64,000 nucleotides of DNA from Lama guanicoe (Eukaryota): assembly GCA_013239625.1 (NCBI GenBank), contig MU053472.1, positions 1,302,001 through 1,366,000 of the forward strand. Direction: 5' to 3'. Below are positions 14,122 to 27,940 of the stretch, one piece after another; the stretch's first letter is position 1, and every line of letters begins with the position of its first letter. The notes below the pieces were generated by a model. It searched no databases and was not told where the DNA came from. It saw only the letters and a list, made by a program, of their open reading frames with translations. A program made the translations under genes and the position numbers.

Positions 14122-15763
14122 GGAGAGCTGGAGAACTATTTCCAAAAGAATAAAGTTGGACTCATCACACCATACAGAAAAACTAGCACAAAATGGATGG
14201 CATCCAAATGTAAGAGCTAAAATTCTTAGAGGGAAATTTGTGACCTTGGGTTAGACAAAGGTTTCCTAAACACAACACCAGAAGCACAAGCGATAAAGGG
14301 GAAAACAGGTAAACTGGACTTTATCAAAATTTTAAAGTTTTGTGTTTCAAAGAGCACCATCAAGAGAATAAAAAGATAGCTAAAGAATGGGAGAATATAC
14401 TCGCAAATCATGTATCTTGTAAGGGACTTGTATCTAGAACGTATAAAGAACTCTTACAACTCAAGAATAAAAAGACAAACAACTCAGTTAAAAAAGGGAC
14501 AAGAAACTGAATGGTTATCCGTTCACAGGTGTGCAGACATACACATGTAAATCTTTAATACATGATCCAAAGAGAGAAGTATATTGTGACCTAAGTTTTC
14601 TTAGCACTATGAATTACTCTGAGTCTGACAGTTTTGGCTTTAAGGAAGAGGCTGAGGGGAAAGAAAGGCTGAAGTTAGCATGTATTTGAATTTGGAAGCA
14701 TCCTGTATTAATTACCATGGATTCAGTTTAAATCCCTTTCTCTAACTGGCAACTTAGATTATCTCATTAAATTGCTAGGTATATCCTAAAGTGAAAAATT
14801 CTAAATTCCAAATTTTATATTATATTAGTATTTAAGACAAACTGATTAAAAGAAAATGGGAAGATAAATTCATACTGAAAAAGACAACCCAATAAATAGT
14901 ATCAGGAAAAAAATAATCTTGTCATAAATCCAAAATAATGGCAGAACAAGAAAGTACATAATTTTACACAAGAATACATATACCAGAATTAATGTGCATG
15001 TCATATACTCCCACCAAAAAAAAAGATTAAAACACACCAAAAAAGCAATAAATTTACTTTCTATATTATGTAAACCACAAAGTTCAAAAGCATAAAGAAC
15101 AGGTTAGAAACACTATCACTAACTAGGAATGGTGAATTAAGGTTTTATGTAATACACCAAGCTTAAAGTTCTTGTAATTTTTGCCATTTTATTAATTTTA
15201 TTCTCATTTCACCTTTAGAATGACATAACACATACCTGTGTATATACCTATAAAACAGTGAAATTCATGTTAGGGGATATTTATATCAGTTTAGGTCATT
15301 TTATCTCCACCAAAAATTTTTAGTAGAATTTAAATAAGCCTTCACAAGTTCTAATAAGCTAGTGTTTCATATACGATACTTAATTTTACAGAATTAATTA
15401 GGTTTTACAATATGGGAAGGTTTTTAAACACAAAATTTATTAAAAAAAAATACTCCCAACATAAAAATTCTATGTCAGAGTGATGACGTCTGCAAGACTA
15501 AGAAGCCAGCCATATACATGATCCCATGATTATAATCATGGCTGTTAGAGTTCAGTGCACAAGAAGGAGAATTGCAACTCTACAGTACTCCCATTTGGCC
15601 TCCAAGAACACAGCCATATTGACATCTAAAACAAGATCTGTTCACCTACTCAGCAGGAAAAGTAACTGGAGGGAAGACTAAATCTGTCAAGACCAGGAGA
15701 GCCCTCAAGAATTCAAGGTGGTGGATAACTACCTCAAAAGAAAACCTAGAACGTAAAGATTAC

Positions 15764-15891
15764 CTCAGCAACTTTCGGAGGCACTCCATCCCCAAGCACT
15801 TCCCTGATGAAGCAGTGCTGGCCCATGTAATACGAGAGTCCGCAGGTCCTCTTGAAGGCATCTTTCAGTCGTTTCAGCTCTACATCTGTAA
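15764..15891 (-). CDS. USP32: USP32 coding exon 2, 128 nt
   Basis: TTGCAG|TT ACA GAT GTA GAG...GCT GAG|GTAATC. Joined to the exon-1 G it gives VTDVELKRLKDAFKRTCGLSYYMGQHCFIREVLGDGVPPKVAE with no stop; 58+128=186 nt keeps frame. Confidence 0.97.
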
Positions 15892-16619
15892 CTGCAATTC
15901 AGAAATAGGAGATGGGTAAGACACCGGAGGACAAAAGTCATCTCTCAAAATCTTTACATTTTTTTTAACCCAGTTCCTAATAAAAACTGGCAAATATTAC
16001 TTCTCTTTCCAAGTAAGTAAAACAAACCCAAAGATATTGCCGTAATTCTCTATTTTCAAATCTAACCTAGAAAATAAATATGAAAATTCTTGACTCGCTA
16101 TCTTCAAATGACAGAACATTAATTTATGTATACAAATTTTAGGCAATGGCAAGGAAGAGGTAACAAGTAATTCAAATTACCAGGTAAGCTAAATGGCATT
16201 AGACTTTGGCATTAATATGTTTTTAGCAACAATTAACTCATTTCGTCCAGGATAAAAATTATATTATTTGTACTCTCTGAGCATGTATCTATGTATGTAG
16301 AAGGCAGCCCTCAAGTTTAGGGTAGACTGCATCATCATCTACAAAGAAAGTAACCTATAAATAAACAGATGATTCTAATAACCTATAATTTTTAGATACC
16401 CACTATCAAAAAATTACTAAGCCATTACTTTATATTTTTGTCACTGAAGACTTTTTTTTTCCCCACTAAACAAAACAATCTCTGCCTACAAGGACAGAAA
16501 AAGTCAATATTCTTTAGTATTATGGGGTCAGTACAATGGTCACAACAGAGGCACAGAAATGGTAACTTTAGCCCATGCCAGAAGATAAGACTTCTGTACA
16601 AAAAAGATGATTACATAAA

Positions 16620-17640
16620 ATTGTGAAGGCTAACCCAAGCCAAAGGGACAAGGGCATGCCAGGCAGAGATAATAGTTTATTTCAAAGTACAATGATGTAC
16701 CAAGCGTGTGGAGACTTGCATGTCACTGGGACAAAATGAACAAAGCAGGGAGCAGGAAACGATAAACCTAAGGCAGTCACTGATCAAGTAATAGAGGTTC
16801 TATTCTGTCATAATAAGGAAGAGATTCAGTCAGATACAATTCAAATAAAAACTACAGGCAGATAGGAAAACGGACACATAAAATTCAGTTAACCAGTTTT
16901 GTAGAGAAAGGAACCAACCTGGAAGCAAAAAGTAGACTGGTATGAGAAGAAGAAAAGAAGGAGCTAAATCTGGGAAATACCTAGAAGGAAAAGTTAGTAG
17001 AACCTGAAGCTTGACTAAAAGTAGAAGCAATCTAGAATAACACTCAGGATGCCATCCTGGGAAACCTGAAGGATGGTATCCGCATGTAGAAAGGGAAAGC
17101 AAGAAAAAGAGTAAGTGAGGAAGAAAAAATAATAAATTCTGGTAAGGACATATTGAATATGATGAACCTTGGGGAGATTCATTGGGTTTTGAGTGTAAAG
17201 CTTAGGAGGGCATTGATGAGAGTCATCAAGCATACAGGTGGCAATTAAAGTCATGAATGAATAAAAAGCATAATGAGACAGAGACACAACTGAAAGAAAC
17301 CAATGCTCACAGTACCTGCAGAGAAAGAAAGAAAAAAGAAAACCCTAAAGAAGACTGACAAGGAATAGTTAGAACAGGAAAAACCACACAGCGTAGTCTC
17401 CAAAGGACAGGAAGAAGGGGCTGGTCTACAGTCGCAAGTAAGGCAGAAAGGGCCAGCAAGATAAAGACTGAAGAGGGCCTTGCACAGAGATTATCACCCA
17501 ATAAAAGTCTGTGGCAGGGAGGGAAAGTTCATGGGTTCAACAACCTGTAAGGCAATGATAAAACAGTAAGAAGTAGTACTTGAATAAGTAGCTAGGAAAA
17601 AGAATGAATACTAGATGCTTAATTCATTAACAATTGAACT
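16620..17640 (-). mobile_element. L2 fragments
   Basis: Purine-rich, diverged L2-like motifs (gagagtcatcaagcatacaggtggcaattaaagtcatg). Confidence 0.65.
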
Positions 17641-18339
17641 CATAATATTAACCCCAATTAACTGATTTTTTTTTCCTTTTTAGAATGCAAAAGTGAAAAA
17701 CAGAACAAAGCCTTGTTTCATATATTACAGTAACAGAGAAGAAATTACTTCAGGTACTGGAATGTCTATTTCTTTAAGATACGTAATTTTCATCAATGGC
17801 TTTACTAACAAATAAGGATGCTCATAGTCTAGTGGAGGAGACAAGAAAAATCAATCATTGTGATGTAAAATGATAATCTCATACACTTTTGGTTACAGAT
17901 ATTTGAAGGACTGTTCAGTAATATGTTAAAAAAATAGCAACTTGATGACTAATGAATTTATTCATTTATAATATGAGAAAATATAAACTTTTTAAAGCAT
18001 TTTAAAAGCAGGCACCCATCAGCAGAGGACAGACTGAATAAGTTATTATACATGCACAAAATAGACTATCATACACTAAAATATTGCCAGAGATCTTTAC
18101 TGAAAATAAACAATATTTTTATTCAAAATAATCAGTACAACAATTAGTTCGTCTGTGGACAAGAAATACATAAAAGTGTTCATTATACAAGTAAAACTTT
18201 TGAAAACTCAAAAAATAAAAATTTAGACAAGATGGAAAATAAAACAGAATCAAGCCTAGTAAAATTTTGAGGTAGGAAAATATATTATTAATGCAGTTAT
18301 TTTAGTTTTAGAAAGAAAAACAATTTCAGTAGAAAAGAA

Positions 18340-20080
18340 AACTGAACACGTGTTCTTTTTCTGTCTCTCTAGAGACTTCACTAAAATTACAGCAAGAATA
18401 AAAAAATATATAAAGTCACGAGGACAAAGGGAATAGGAGAAGAAATAACTGAGGACCTAAGAGGCAGTCATTTTTTTTCTGGTCAACATTAGTGTCTGGA
18501 GGAGTGGTGACTGAACTAAGCAGACAAAAGAAAGTTAAAACCTAAGCACTAGCAGCTGAGAAACATGAACAAGAAAGTAAACTAATTTACTCTGTCCAGA
18601 GCACCCAAAAAAAGGCTCAGGAATTCACTGTACCGATTACCAGCGGGGGTGGGGGGAGTAGGATTGAAGAGACATTGGGTGAAAGTCTATGTGAGGAGTG
18701 CTTAGACTCTTGAGCCCCCAGTAGCACAGTGCAGTCAGGCACCAACCTACCATCTGCCCACACAACCACCACTTGTAAATGTAGATATATATCAAAAAAC
18801 AGAGGTACATTCTCTAGAGAAAGCGAGCTAGAAAGGCTCCATACACGGTAACACCAGATTTAGCTGAGAGCTACAGGAAGGACACCGAGGTATGAAAAAG
18901 GTGAAGACGGCATGAGTATTTGCATCTAGCTGACCTTTGTTGCCCTACTTGGACATATATATCACCTGGGCAGAATAAATGTTTCTCTAAACAAAGCAAA
19001 TGATCCTAGAATAAAGACCTACTGTTACTGACATGGGGTGAGGGGAGCGTCTCCATTCCATGTTTAGAGATGGTTGGGTTCCAAACTAATTACCCAACAG
19101 GAAAATCCACATGTCAACAAATGATATATTCAAACATGTGAGTCTTCCAATCAATCTTTTAATGTATCACTTTTTTAAAAGGCAGTTTGGCAGTTATTAA
19201 AACTATTCTGCAATAAAAATGAGGAAACTACCAATTCATGCAACAACATAAATGAATCTCAAAAACCATGCTGAGCAAAAGAAGCCAGATATAAAAGAAC
19301 ATGTATCATATGACCACATTATATAAAAGTCTTAAAGAGGCAAAACTAGCTATGGTGACAAAGTCAGTGGTTGACAGGTGGTGGAGTGGGGAGAACTGGC
19401 TAGAACTGTAGAGAACAGACACTGCAAAGAGACGAGGAGGGAACTCTTCTGAGGTGATGGAAATGTTTTATACATTTGACTGGGATGGTGGCTACATAAA
19501 TGAACACATTCATCAAAAATTATTAAACTGTATACCTAAAATCTGAGCATTTTATACGTAAATTATGTATCAATAGAGTAGACCTTAAAAAAATGAATGG
19601 TCAAGGAACACCAAATATTGAGGAAGACTCCAACAAGAAAGGCACCAAAACAAACCAACAGGGGAACGAGGATGAACAGGAATAATGAAGAAAGAAGAAA
19701 AAATATTAAAACCTCCAAATATTCTTGGAGGATAAAAAGAAAATTACATCTAAATAAGAATAGAGTACTATAAAAATATAACAAGGAGAAAGTAGGAACA
19801 ATGTCTTGTACCTTTTCCTAGCAAGCTACAGGAGAATGTCCTACAACACAATGAGGGGGTAAACAAAGGAAAGAAAAGGGATCCAGGAAACACTGAGTGC
19901 TGCATCAGAGAGGTACAGGGAATTTCCAGGATGATCATGATACAATATTCCAGGAGGACGACTATGCGTAAGCCTAGAGAACAAGACCAGATTAGAAATG
20001 AAGGACTCCAGAATAAAAAAGGAAAGCACAACAGTAAACTAAAACGTCTGACCACAATGGGAACAGCTTAAAGAGGTATT
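18340..20080 (+). mobile_element. Old L1 (L1M-type) fragments, including a 3'UTR piece ~19185-19595
   Basis: aatgaatctcaaaaaccatgctgagcaaaagaagccaga and gaggtgatggaaatgtt motifs; homologous segments recur at ~43.0 and ~51.6 kb. Confidence 0.7.
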
Positions 20081-21689
20081 TCACCTTCAAAAGATAAATG
20101 TCAAGGACTGGTTTTACTTTAGGTTTTTCTTAATCTAAGGAAGTGTAGAAATGTTTCAAGTACATCTACAACACTGTCATGAGAGTTCAACCAACCAGAA
20201 TCTTACTGAAAACCACAGAAACAGAATTAAAATCTTTCCTCAAACAGGAAGTAAACGTGAACAAAAGACCAAGGAACACTCAAGGCAAAGAACAAAGGGA
20301 GAAAGTTTTCTTTTCTCACATCAAAACAGATTTTCAAGGGAATTTAACACAAATCTCTCCCGACAAAAAGCCGTGGTGATTTCAAGACATCTCAGTTTTT
20401 TAAATATTCAAGTATAATTAGCAACTCACGTCAAATACCAAGATCTGGTAAGAAAAAGTACTTGATAATCAATGATTATATTACAAAAGCAAAAGTGATT
20501 ACACAGAAAGGGCAGATACTGAAACAGATAAAATAAAGACTATGGTGATCACCAGTGAAACAGAATCCTTCCAGTAAGACCCTGCTGAAATACAACCAAT
20601 CAATCATTAGTTAGTTAATTAAAGGCTACTAGATCCTTTACTTATGCCCAAACTCTGTGCTAGGCCATGAGGAACACAAAAAAAGTAAGACACCCAACTC
20701 TGCCTTCAAGGAACTCACAGCAAAGAGACAGACTCATGAATAAACAATAACAACATAGTAAATAGAAAAGACATAGTTGTGCAAAAAGGAAGACACCTTA
20801 AAAGGAGGGAAAGAATGCTCTAGAACTACATTACTAAGCACAACTTTGAGCAAAACAGCTAGCTGCACCTAGTGATTATTTGCATATATAATTTCTGTAA
20901 AGGTCTCACTGTGAATTCTTACATTTGATCATCCATAGCATGACATTCTCAAGATCTATTTCACCTATAATAAACCTAATATAGCAACTTATCAACATAA
21001 ACAGCTAATCACCAGTTATAATGTTTTTAAGAGAAAACTGTAGCCTTCTGAGCTAATACGACTTACAGGTTACATCAGCTGATAAAACTGTGACTAACAT
21101 GGCTGGATGTGAGTTAGCTGTAACGTGAAGGAGAGCAGATAACTAACTTTAGGAATTCCCCATGTGACTTAAGGCCCTCAACCTCCTCATCTGGATGGAA
21201 GAATGAACAGCCCTCAGACACAGACAATGGTGCTAGCTATGAATTTGTGCTTCCTGGAAACCCTCTCATCCAAGACTTTCCCATCCTCTCTCATCACTTG
21301 GTTTTCTGAGCACAGTGAAGGCAACTGTGTACCCTGGTGAACTAAGGGAGGACACTGAATTCACTCCAGGCAGCCTATGTCCTGCGGAAGCACTACATAA
21401 TCAGGGCAGTGGGCGCTGACCTGTGCTGCTTTAGTACTCTCCGCTATTTCTGAACCACATTCCATCTGAGCCTTTCTCTCTCTATCAATAAATATTGGCC
21501 AAATAGATAAAAATACATGTGTAATTCCAACTGAAAAAGCCAGAAACATAAGGCATTTCCCTTACACCTGACTATTCTCAGACCTGACATTGGGAAGAAA
21601 AGCTGTATGAATAAAAATATTCTGTAGCTCCTTTGCTCTGGAACACAAATTCAAGCATAAAAGGAATTACTGGAGTTAGTAAAGACTTA

Positions 21690-21982
21690 TGATGCAAAGT
21701 TCAAAAATGGAAATACAGGGACCAGGAGGGTAATATAAATGATGAAGTGGGCCAGGTGGGGCCTGTGGAACCTGAGAGCACATATCCCATTTCCCATCTG
21801 CAGCGTGAAGCTGCTACAAAGTTCAAGGTATTTGCTGCAAAGTGGCAATGAGGAAACCAAGAATATACATTTTTTCCTAAAATAGCTCTACCTAAAAATT
21901 GTTAGTAGCTAATTTTCTTTTTAATTGTAAACAACAGGCAGTCTTAATATGGCCCACTATCTGCCAAGTTTGGCAACCTCTG
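21690..21982 (+). mobile_element. hAT-Charlie-type (MER103-like) fragment
   Basis: tacagggaccaggagggtaatataaatga... and ...gtttggcaacctctg end; family name from recall. Confidence 0.5.
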
Positions 21983-22464
21983 GCCGAATGGTTAAAGCTA
22001 CAAACAAAACATATATATGTTCAAATCGAACATTGCCACTTACTAATATGTATTTTATATATGTATAAAAAACATATGTATATAATGGTTTAACAAACAC
22101 AGGGAAATAATGGATGCCCAATAATGATAGTCTGGGAGGAGAGGGTTTCTAGCAATAGTGAGGATGTCCCCTGTTCACCTTCCATTCCCAACTCTGGAGG
22201 AAAGTTGTGAAAATAAGGACTGGAGAAAGAAGGTAAAAGTCAAACAAACAAAAACAAGTTTTTCTGCCCCCATCCTCTTTCCTGCTTACCGACTAATATC
22301 ATCCCAGCAGACCCAGCTGCCACCTAACACTGGAACGAAGGGAAGGAAAAGAGAGAGAGTGAGCAGAAGGGGAAGAGAAATATCAAGAGGAAGGCAATTT
22401 CTGCAGGTATGACAGACAAGCAAGTATTGCCATTAATTGTAAAGACCATACCCAAGTCAACATA

Positions 22465-22804
22465 CAAGTCATCCCTCGGTATCCTCAGGGGACTGGGGCT
22501 AGGACACCCTCCCACCTTCCCATCCAGGATACCAAAATCCACAGATGCTCAAGTCCCTTTTATAAAATGGTGTAGTATCTACATATAACCTACAAAAGTC
22601 CTCCTGTATACTTCAGATCATCTCCATACTCCTTATAATACCTAACATAGTGTAAATGCTATGTAAATAGTTGTCTGTGCCTAGCAGACATGGCAAATTG
22701 AAGCTTTGCTTTTTGGAACTTTCTGGAATTTCCCCCCAAATATTTTCAACCCACAGTTGGTTGAAACCACAGACGCGGACCCTGTTGACACGGACGGCCA
22801 ACTG
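22465..22804 (+). mobile_element. MER2-like Tigger MITE
   Basis: Same core (gatgctcaagtcccttttataaaatggtgtag); ends ggccaactg. Confidence 0.82.
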
Positions 22805-23434
22805 TGCTACATCTGAGCACGAGTGCTGTCTTACTCAAAGCCAGGCGAGTCACATAACTATGACTATTCATAAACACTTAAAGAGGACATTAACATTCCG
22901 TAAAATTATAAACAAAATAAAACCTTTGTAAAACAAATTTTGCTATCAACATCACATAAAAGAAGCAAGACAGAAGCCATGTGATTTTAATAGGTCAGAG
23001 GTTCAATCTGGTAATTTTGCTGCAGGCACTGGCTGGCTATACAGGTTGGGCTAAATGATATTCACTGAAAACATGGGCACATTCATTTGCTATTATTTAT
23101 TATATTTATCTATAAAGGATCTCAATTATAGTTGAACTAAAGCCACATTTTATAAAGACTACTTTGTACCAGATTAAAGAACAGAGTTTATATTCTACTT
23201 AGCCCATAGATCGAGCACAAGACTTGTTTAAACGTTCATTAAATCCAAGACTTCTCTAGACAGTATTTTTAAACTTATTTTTAAAAATACAGACAAGAGC
23301 AGAAAAACCTTTCACAGTTGTTTGTCTAGCAGTTTCTAGTTATACGGTTAATCCAAGCATATTCTGAACGGCCCTTACAACTACATGAAATATCATGAAA
23401 ACTGAAAAGAACTATATAGTCACCTAATTATATA

Positions 23435-23853
23435 CGGGTATCTCCCACTTTTTTAAAGTTCACTTTATGTCACTTTGCTTTTATGAGAAATCCACTTTAG
23501 CACCTGCTTTTCCCAACTGAACAAAATCCAAAGAGGATTTCCATTTTTACGAAAAAAAAGTGAAAACAGCTTTCAGCATTTGCTTTGCAGACATCTGTCT
23601 ATTACAGAGACGTAAGGCACTCCAAGCAGCAAGAGTGGCACCGCCAAGCTCCTTCCCCAGGAACTACACCAGCATCTCAGCATCAAACCGCCACAGCTCT
23701 GAACCGTGTCTGACTATCTGTGCTTTATTTCAATTTATTTTGTACATTGCTAGCATGATGTGTCCTTGGGTCACTGTCTCTTCACTTTATGCCATTTCAG
23801 CTCACAAAAAATTTCATAGGAATGCTCTACTTTCAGACAGTGGGGGAAACCTG
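23435..23853. mobile_element. TcMar/Tigger-type non-autonomous DNA transposon
   Basis: TA TSD; imperfect TIRs cgggtatctcccact / agtgggggaaacctg. Confidence 0.75.
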
Positions 23854-23999
23854 TATGTAATAATAGGCAGTAGTGTGTTGGGTGCTATGGGGGGTTACAA
23901 AAACAAACTATGGTCCTTGGATTTAAAAGCTTAAAAACCGTCAACAAATACTTGAGTGTTCATTACAGGCCAGGCAGTCACTGTGTTTTATCTTCATTC

Positions 24000-24092
24000 C
24001 TTTAGTTCTTAATCCTGAAATCACCTGAGGATCATTTAAAGAAGTCTGATGCCCAGGCTCCATCTCAAACCAATAAATCAGAGTCTCTGGAA
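24000..24092. mobile_element. MER5A-like fragment inside L2
   Basis: aatcacctgagga...tgatgcccaggctccatc...aatcagagtctctgga motif. Confidence 0.6.
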
Positions 24093-24307
24093 GTAGTAGA
24101 GATTCAAATGTTTGCTAAATAAATGAATACATAAGTAACATGCTAATAACACAAAAGTAGTATGTAATAAATGGCTTAAGGGGAATAAACAAATGCTATC
24201 AGAGTACAGAAGAAAAGATAACAGGGGAAGAATCAAAAGTATCATGAAAGGGGGGCAGTTCTCATGCTAGGAAATCAAGAATGAGTACAAGACAGGGAGA
24301 CATGAAC

Positions 24308-24363
24308 ATGTCAAGTATCAGAAAGGGAATGAGCAATGTCAAGTATCAGAAAGGGAATGAGCA
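24308..24363. repeat. 28-bp perfect tandem duplication
   Basis: atgtcaagtatcagaaagggaatgagca x2. Confidence 0.95.
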
Positions 24364-25029
24364 ATGGCACAGAGGTCAGAAGATGTTAGGGAAGTTTAGA
24401 GGACAGTCTGAGAGGCTGGAATGTAAAATGTGGGGATTACAAGAGAGAAAAGTATGGAAAGAGAAGTGGAAGGAATATCTAGGGTAATATATGTTAATGA
24501 GTTTTTACTTTCTCAGGAGTTATTCTGGTGAGAGTGTGAAAGAAGTAATAATAAGGTGTAAGATTTTTAAATTGGGAATGCAAATCTGGAAGCTAATGAA
24601 AAACTAAATCTGATCTAAGACAACTATTAAGTGCTCGGTGTTCATATAAACACATGTTCCACAATGAAAAAGTTTACAACTTGAAAAAGAAAGCCAGAGA
24701 CACACACATGAGCCCTCATACAAACCCATACCTCATTTAATTTCATTTTCTGATAACAGAGAAGAAAAAAGAAGGGCCACTGGCCTCGGTTTGAACTCTC
24801 CAGCATTACGGAAAAATATTTACCAAAATGCCCAGCATCTGCTTCCTGGATGCAGAAAACAAAGAGAATGAGACTGAGGAAAGGAAGGCAAATAGAATAA
24901 GAAAGTTAACAAAGCAAAAACAGAAAGATTAGAGAAAAAATATTAGACAAAGAGGCAAAGGAACTCAACATACATTTCACTAGTATTCCAAATTTTAGAA
25001 GCTGAAATAACAAGACCTTCACTTTTACT

Positions 25030-25172
25030 GTGTCATAAACCTGCCCAGATTAAAGAGGAGCAAACCACAGGTTCCACATCTCATGGGAGAAGTAAGTGTC
25101 AAAGTCACATTGTAAGCACCTTGTGGGACAGGAGATATTGTCATAACTATCTTTTGAAAATATAATCTACCA
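25030..25172. mobile_element. MLT1 LTR end
   Basis: ctgcccagatt...gtgggacaggagatattg...gaaaatataatctacca. Confidence 0.55.
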
Positions 25173-26259
25173 TATATATACAAGAATACTAAATATTACA
25201 TTTGTACTGGGTTTCCTTTTTCCTGTAGGCACCTGAAGAATTCTACATCTTATTCTACTCTTAAATATTTACAGATCTCTGCAAGGTAAGTTAGATGCGT
25301 AAGTACTGGAGAAAATGGTACTTCAGCAAAAAGTGTTACTAAGAACTTGGTCCTAAAACAGTCAATCATGCAACTCTCCTTCAGGAATACTAAACTATTA
25401 TAGAGGATTACCTCTAGCCAAAGAGAGTTAAACTAAAGATTTAAACTTTCAACCTAACACCTTAGAAAAGATACAGGATCAACACGGAGAAGACAAAGAA
25501 TAAAACCATGTGACGTGCTACTTCACTGAGAGAGATCAAAACCCCATCTGTAGTATATTTAAGCGCACCAATTCACAAACTGGGAGTAACCTAGCCTTAG
25601 AGAAAAAAAAAAGGAGAGGCAACTGACCAACTTCTTCACTAAGAACTTCAGTATCTAAGACCTCGCAAAAGAAGAGCAAAAAAAGAAGGAAAAAAAAAAA
25701 AGAAAAAGAAAAAAGAAATATATTCCAAAGCAAAAGGATAAAAAAAAAAGTTATGTTAGCTTTAATCCGTGATCTGAGGTTCTAGGTCTAGCTAGAGCCC
25801 TTCTTCCTGAAAGTTTAAATGAAAATTTTCTCTTTTCCCATAGTCAATTTGGATAATGAAGTACAACTTGTCAAGGCAATGGATACACTGTCCCTGAGGG
25901 AAAAAAAAAAACAAAGATGAGACAGAGCTAGTTAGTTATAACTGTTTTGTCATAGATTTTTTTTTTAAAGGGGAGGAGGAGGCATAATCTGCAAAAAAAA
26001 AAAAATCCATTTACAAAAATTCATTTATAATGCAGAGCTATCAGGACTAATTCTGTTTAACTCTGTTTTACGCAATAAGTATGTTCAAATCATTCAGCCA
26101 GGGATTTCAGAACTTTCTCTAATTCCATCATTTTAATGCTGTAGTCCATAAACCCTACAATTCATTACCTGCAGTAGAGGCAGTTCCTAACTGCATGTGG
26201 CCTACAAGAATAACATGCCACCTAGCTGTTTTTCAATTGGACTGTTAGCTGATTTTTTT

Positions 26260-26680
26260 TTCAACAATCATTTATTAAATTGTCTACTATGTGTCAGGCA
26301 CAGTCAAGATGAGTAAGACATAGTCCCTGCATTCTCATACTTCAAAATTTAGTAAGGAAGACACACAACCAAACTAATTGCAGTGCCAAAAAGGAAATGT
26401 TAAAGTGGAAATATTAAAATAGACTCCCAAAGGGAGTCATTAATTTTGTCTGAGTTGGTAATTAAGAAATTCTTCCACGAGGTGTTGATCCTTAAAGAAT
26501 AGGGATTCACCTGGCAAGAAAGGGCAGAAGAGTAATCCCTGCAAGGAAAACATATATGAAAGACGAAAGAGGCATGGACAATCAGGGAACTGCAGGTTGT
26601 TCGATATAAATGAAGTACTGGGTGCAAGAAGCAGAGCTGTAGGAAATGAGGCTGGAATGACAACTGGAATGATAAACAGA
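26260..26680 (-). mobile_element. L2 fragment
   Basis: tcaacaatcatttattaaattgtctactatgtgtcaggcac...catagtccctgc. Confidence 0.7.
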
Positions 26681-27763
26681 ACCCTTTTTTTCAACGTGAT
26701 AATATCCCCAGCTAAAAGACTATACTTTCCAGCTTCCCTTGCAATGGAACTAGAAATGGCAAATGAAATGTAATAGGTATTACTAGGTATTACCCCTAAA
26801 AAGACTCCTTAAAAGCTCCAGATAGCTAGCAATGTCCTTTTGCTATTATCTCTTCTGCCCACCTGATCTTGGACTTTCCAGCTTCCATAAAGTATTTATA
26901 ATACCAATAACAAATAGGCTAACTCCTCCTCCCCAATTTAGATAGAAAATCTGTTTAAATGGTTTTTGCAGGGTCAGTGGAAGAGATTAGAACTCACTGT
27001 CTTCGAAAGGAAAATAAAAATATGTACTTTAATGATCATACCAAAAAACAAACAAAAACACCTCCATGTAAAAGAAAGAACAGCACAATGCTCATCTCTA
27101 AACTCTTATAAATTTTTTCATATCTATACTAATAGTATCAACCTTCTTCTGCAATGACACAGGATGGATGTTTTCATTTCCATGTGCTTTCCCTAAACTC
27201 TAGCTCTAACTACAGTTTTTTTTACTTCCATTTAAGAAATCACATACCTGTGTGAAGTACATGAACTTGAATCCATTGTAAAGCTACGCTTTTTTAAACA
27301 AAGTTCAGTACTTCGTTGTTACTCATTGCCTGGTTACAAAATATTTCACATTAGACCACATATTGGTTATCTATACTTCTATTATATACTGCCTTGTATC
27401 ATAACTTTTTTCAAAGATAATGGTTAAATCTTATCTCCCGAAGTAGATTTTGCAGGGACCAAGTAATCTATTTCTTCATTTTTCTCAAAGAGCCAAGGCT
27501 TGTCATAAAATCAGATTTTTGCTAAAAGATAGGAGATGCTGTTTTAACAGTTCAGTTCCAAAGGCATGGATAAAAATTTAACAACATCTGAATTAGGATA
27601 ACCACAGAAGTAAACAAACACTGGGAAATATGCTTTTCACTGCCAAAGCAGCATAAGAATTTCCAAATATACAAAAGAAAGAAAATGCCCAACGTGGCAA
27701 AGAAATCACAACCAATACTAATTTATAAATGTGCCTGGTGCAGCTGATCTAAAGTGAATTTAC

Positions 27764-27940
27764 CTACCAAAAGTCTCTCTGGCAGACTAACTATAGCAAA
27801 AGCTACTGCAAAGCTATTTCAAGTAGATAAAGGGCAACATAAATGGAACATCTCAGGCAAGAAGCAGCCCACAACCATGATGGTTTTTGCCACCAGTAAC
27901 TTTGTAGAGAACACAGTTTCACCAAGGCTTCAGATTGTAT
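27764..27940 (-). pseudogene. Degenerate Tudor-like relic exon
   Basis: CCCTAG|...|GTAAAT bounded; KPW*NCVLYKVTGGKNHHGCGLLLA*DVPFMLPFIY, then frameshift to AFAIVSLP. Confidence 0.45.

Larger units (their letters stand above)
12680..14515. mobile_element. Rearranged L1 (minus 3'UTR piece 12680-12895 joined to plus ORF2 piece 12900-14515) with two nested insertions
   Basis: ORF2 motifs (gttaaaatggcaatactccccaaa, aaaacttactacaaa, caaatcatgtatct) resume across both inserts. Confidence 0.82.
1..15763 (-). other. USP32: USP32 intron 2 (continues beyond window start)
   Basis: Starts at the GTAATC donor after exon 2. No sequence matching the expected next peptide (VIYCSFGG...) was seen. Confidence 0.85.
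23940..24560 (-). mobile_element. L2 fragments
   Basis: tcaacaaatacttgagtgttcattacaggccaggca 3'-end motif. Confidence 0.6.

Noticed and set aside
1..15763. USP32 exon 3 or an intronic sno/scaRNA
   Set aside because: No matching peptide or convincing box/hairpin structure was seen by eye.
23560..23934. 124-aa ORF
   Set aside because: Lies within a non-autonomous DNA transposon, has a GTG start and shows no transposase motifs.
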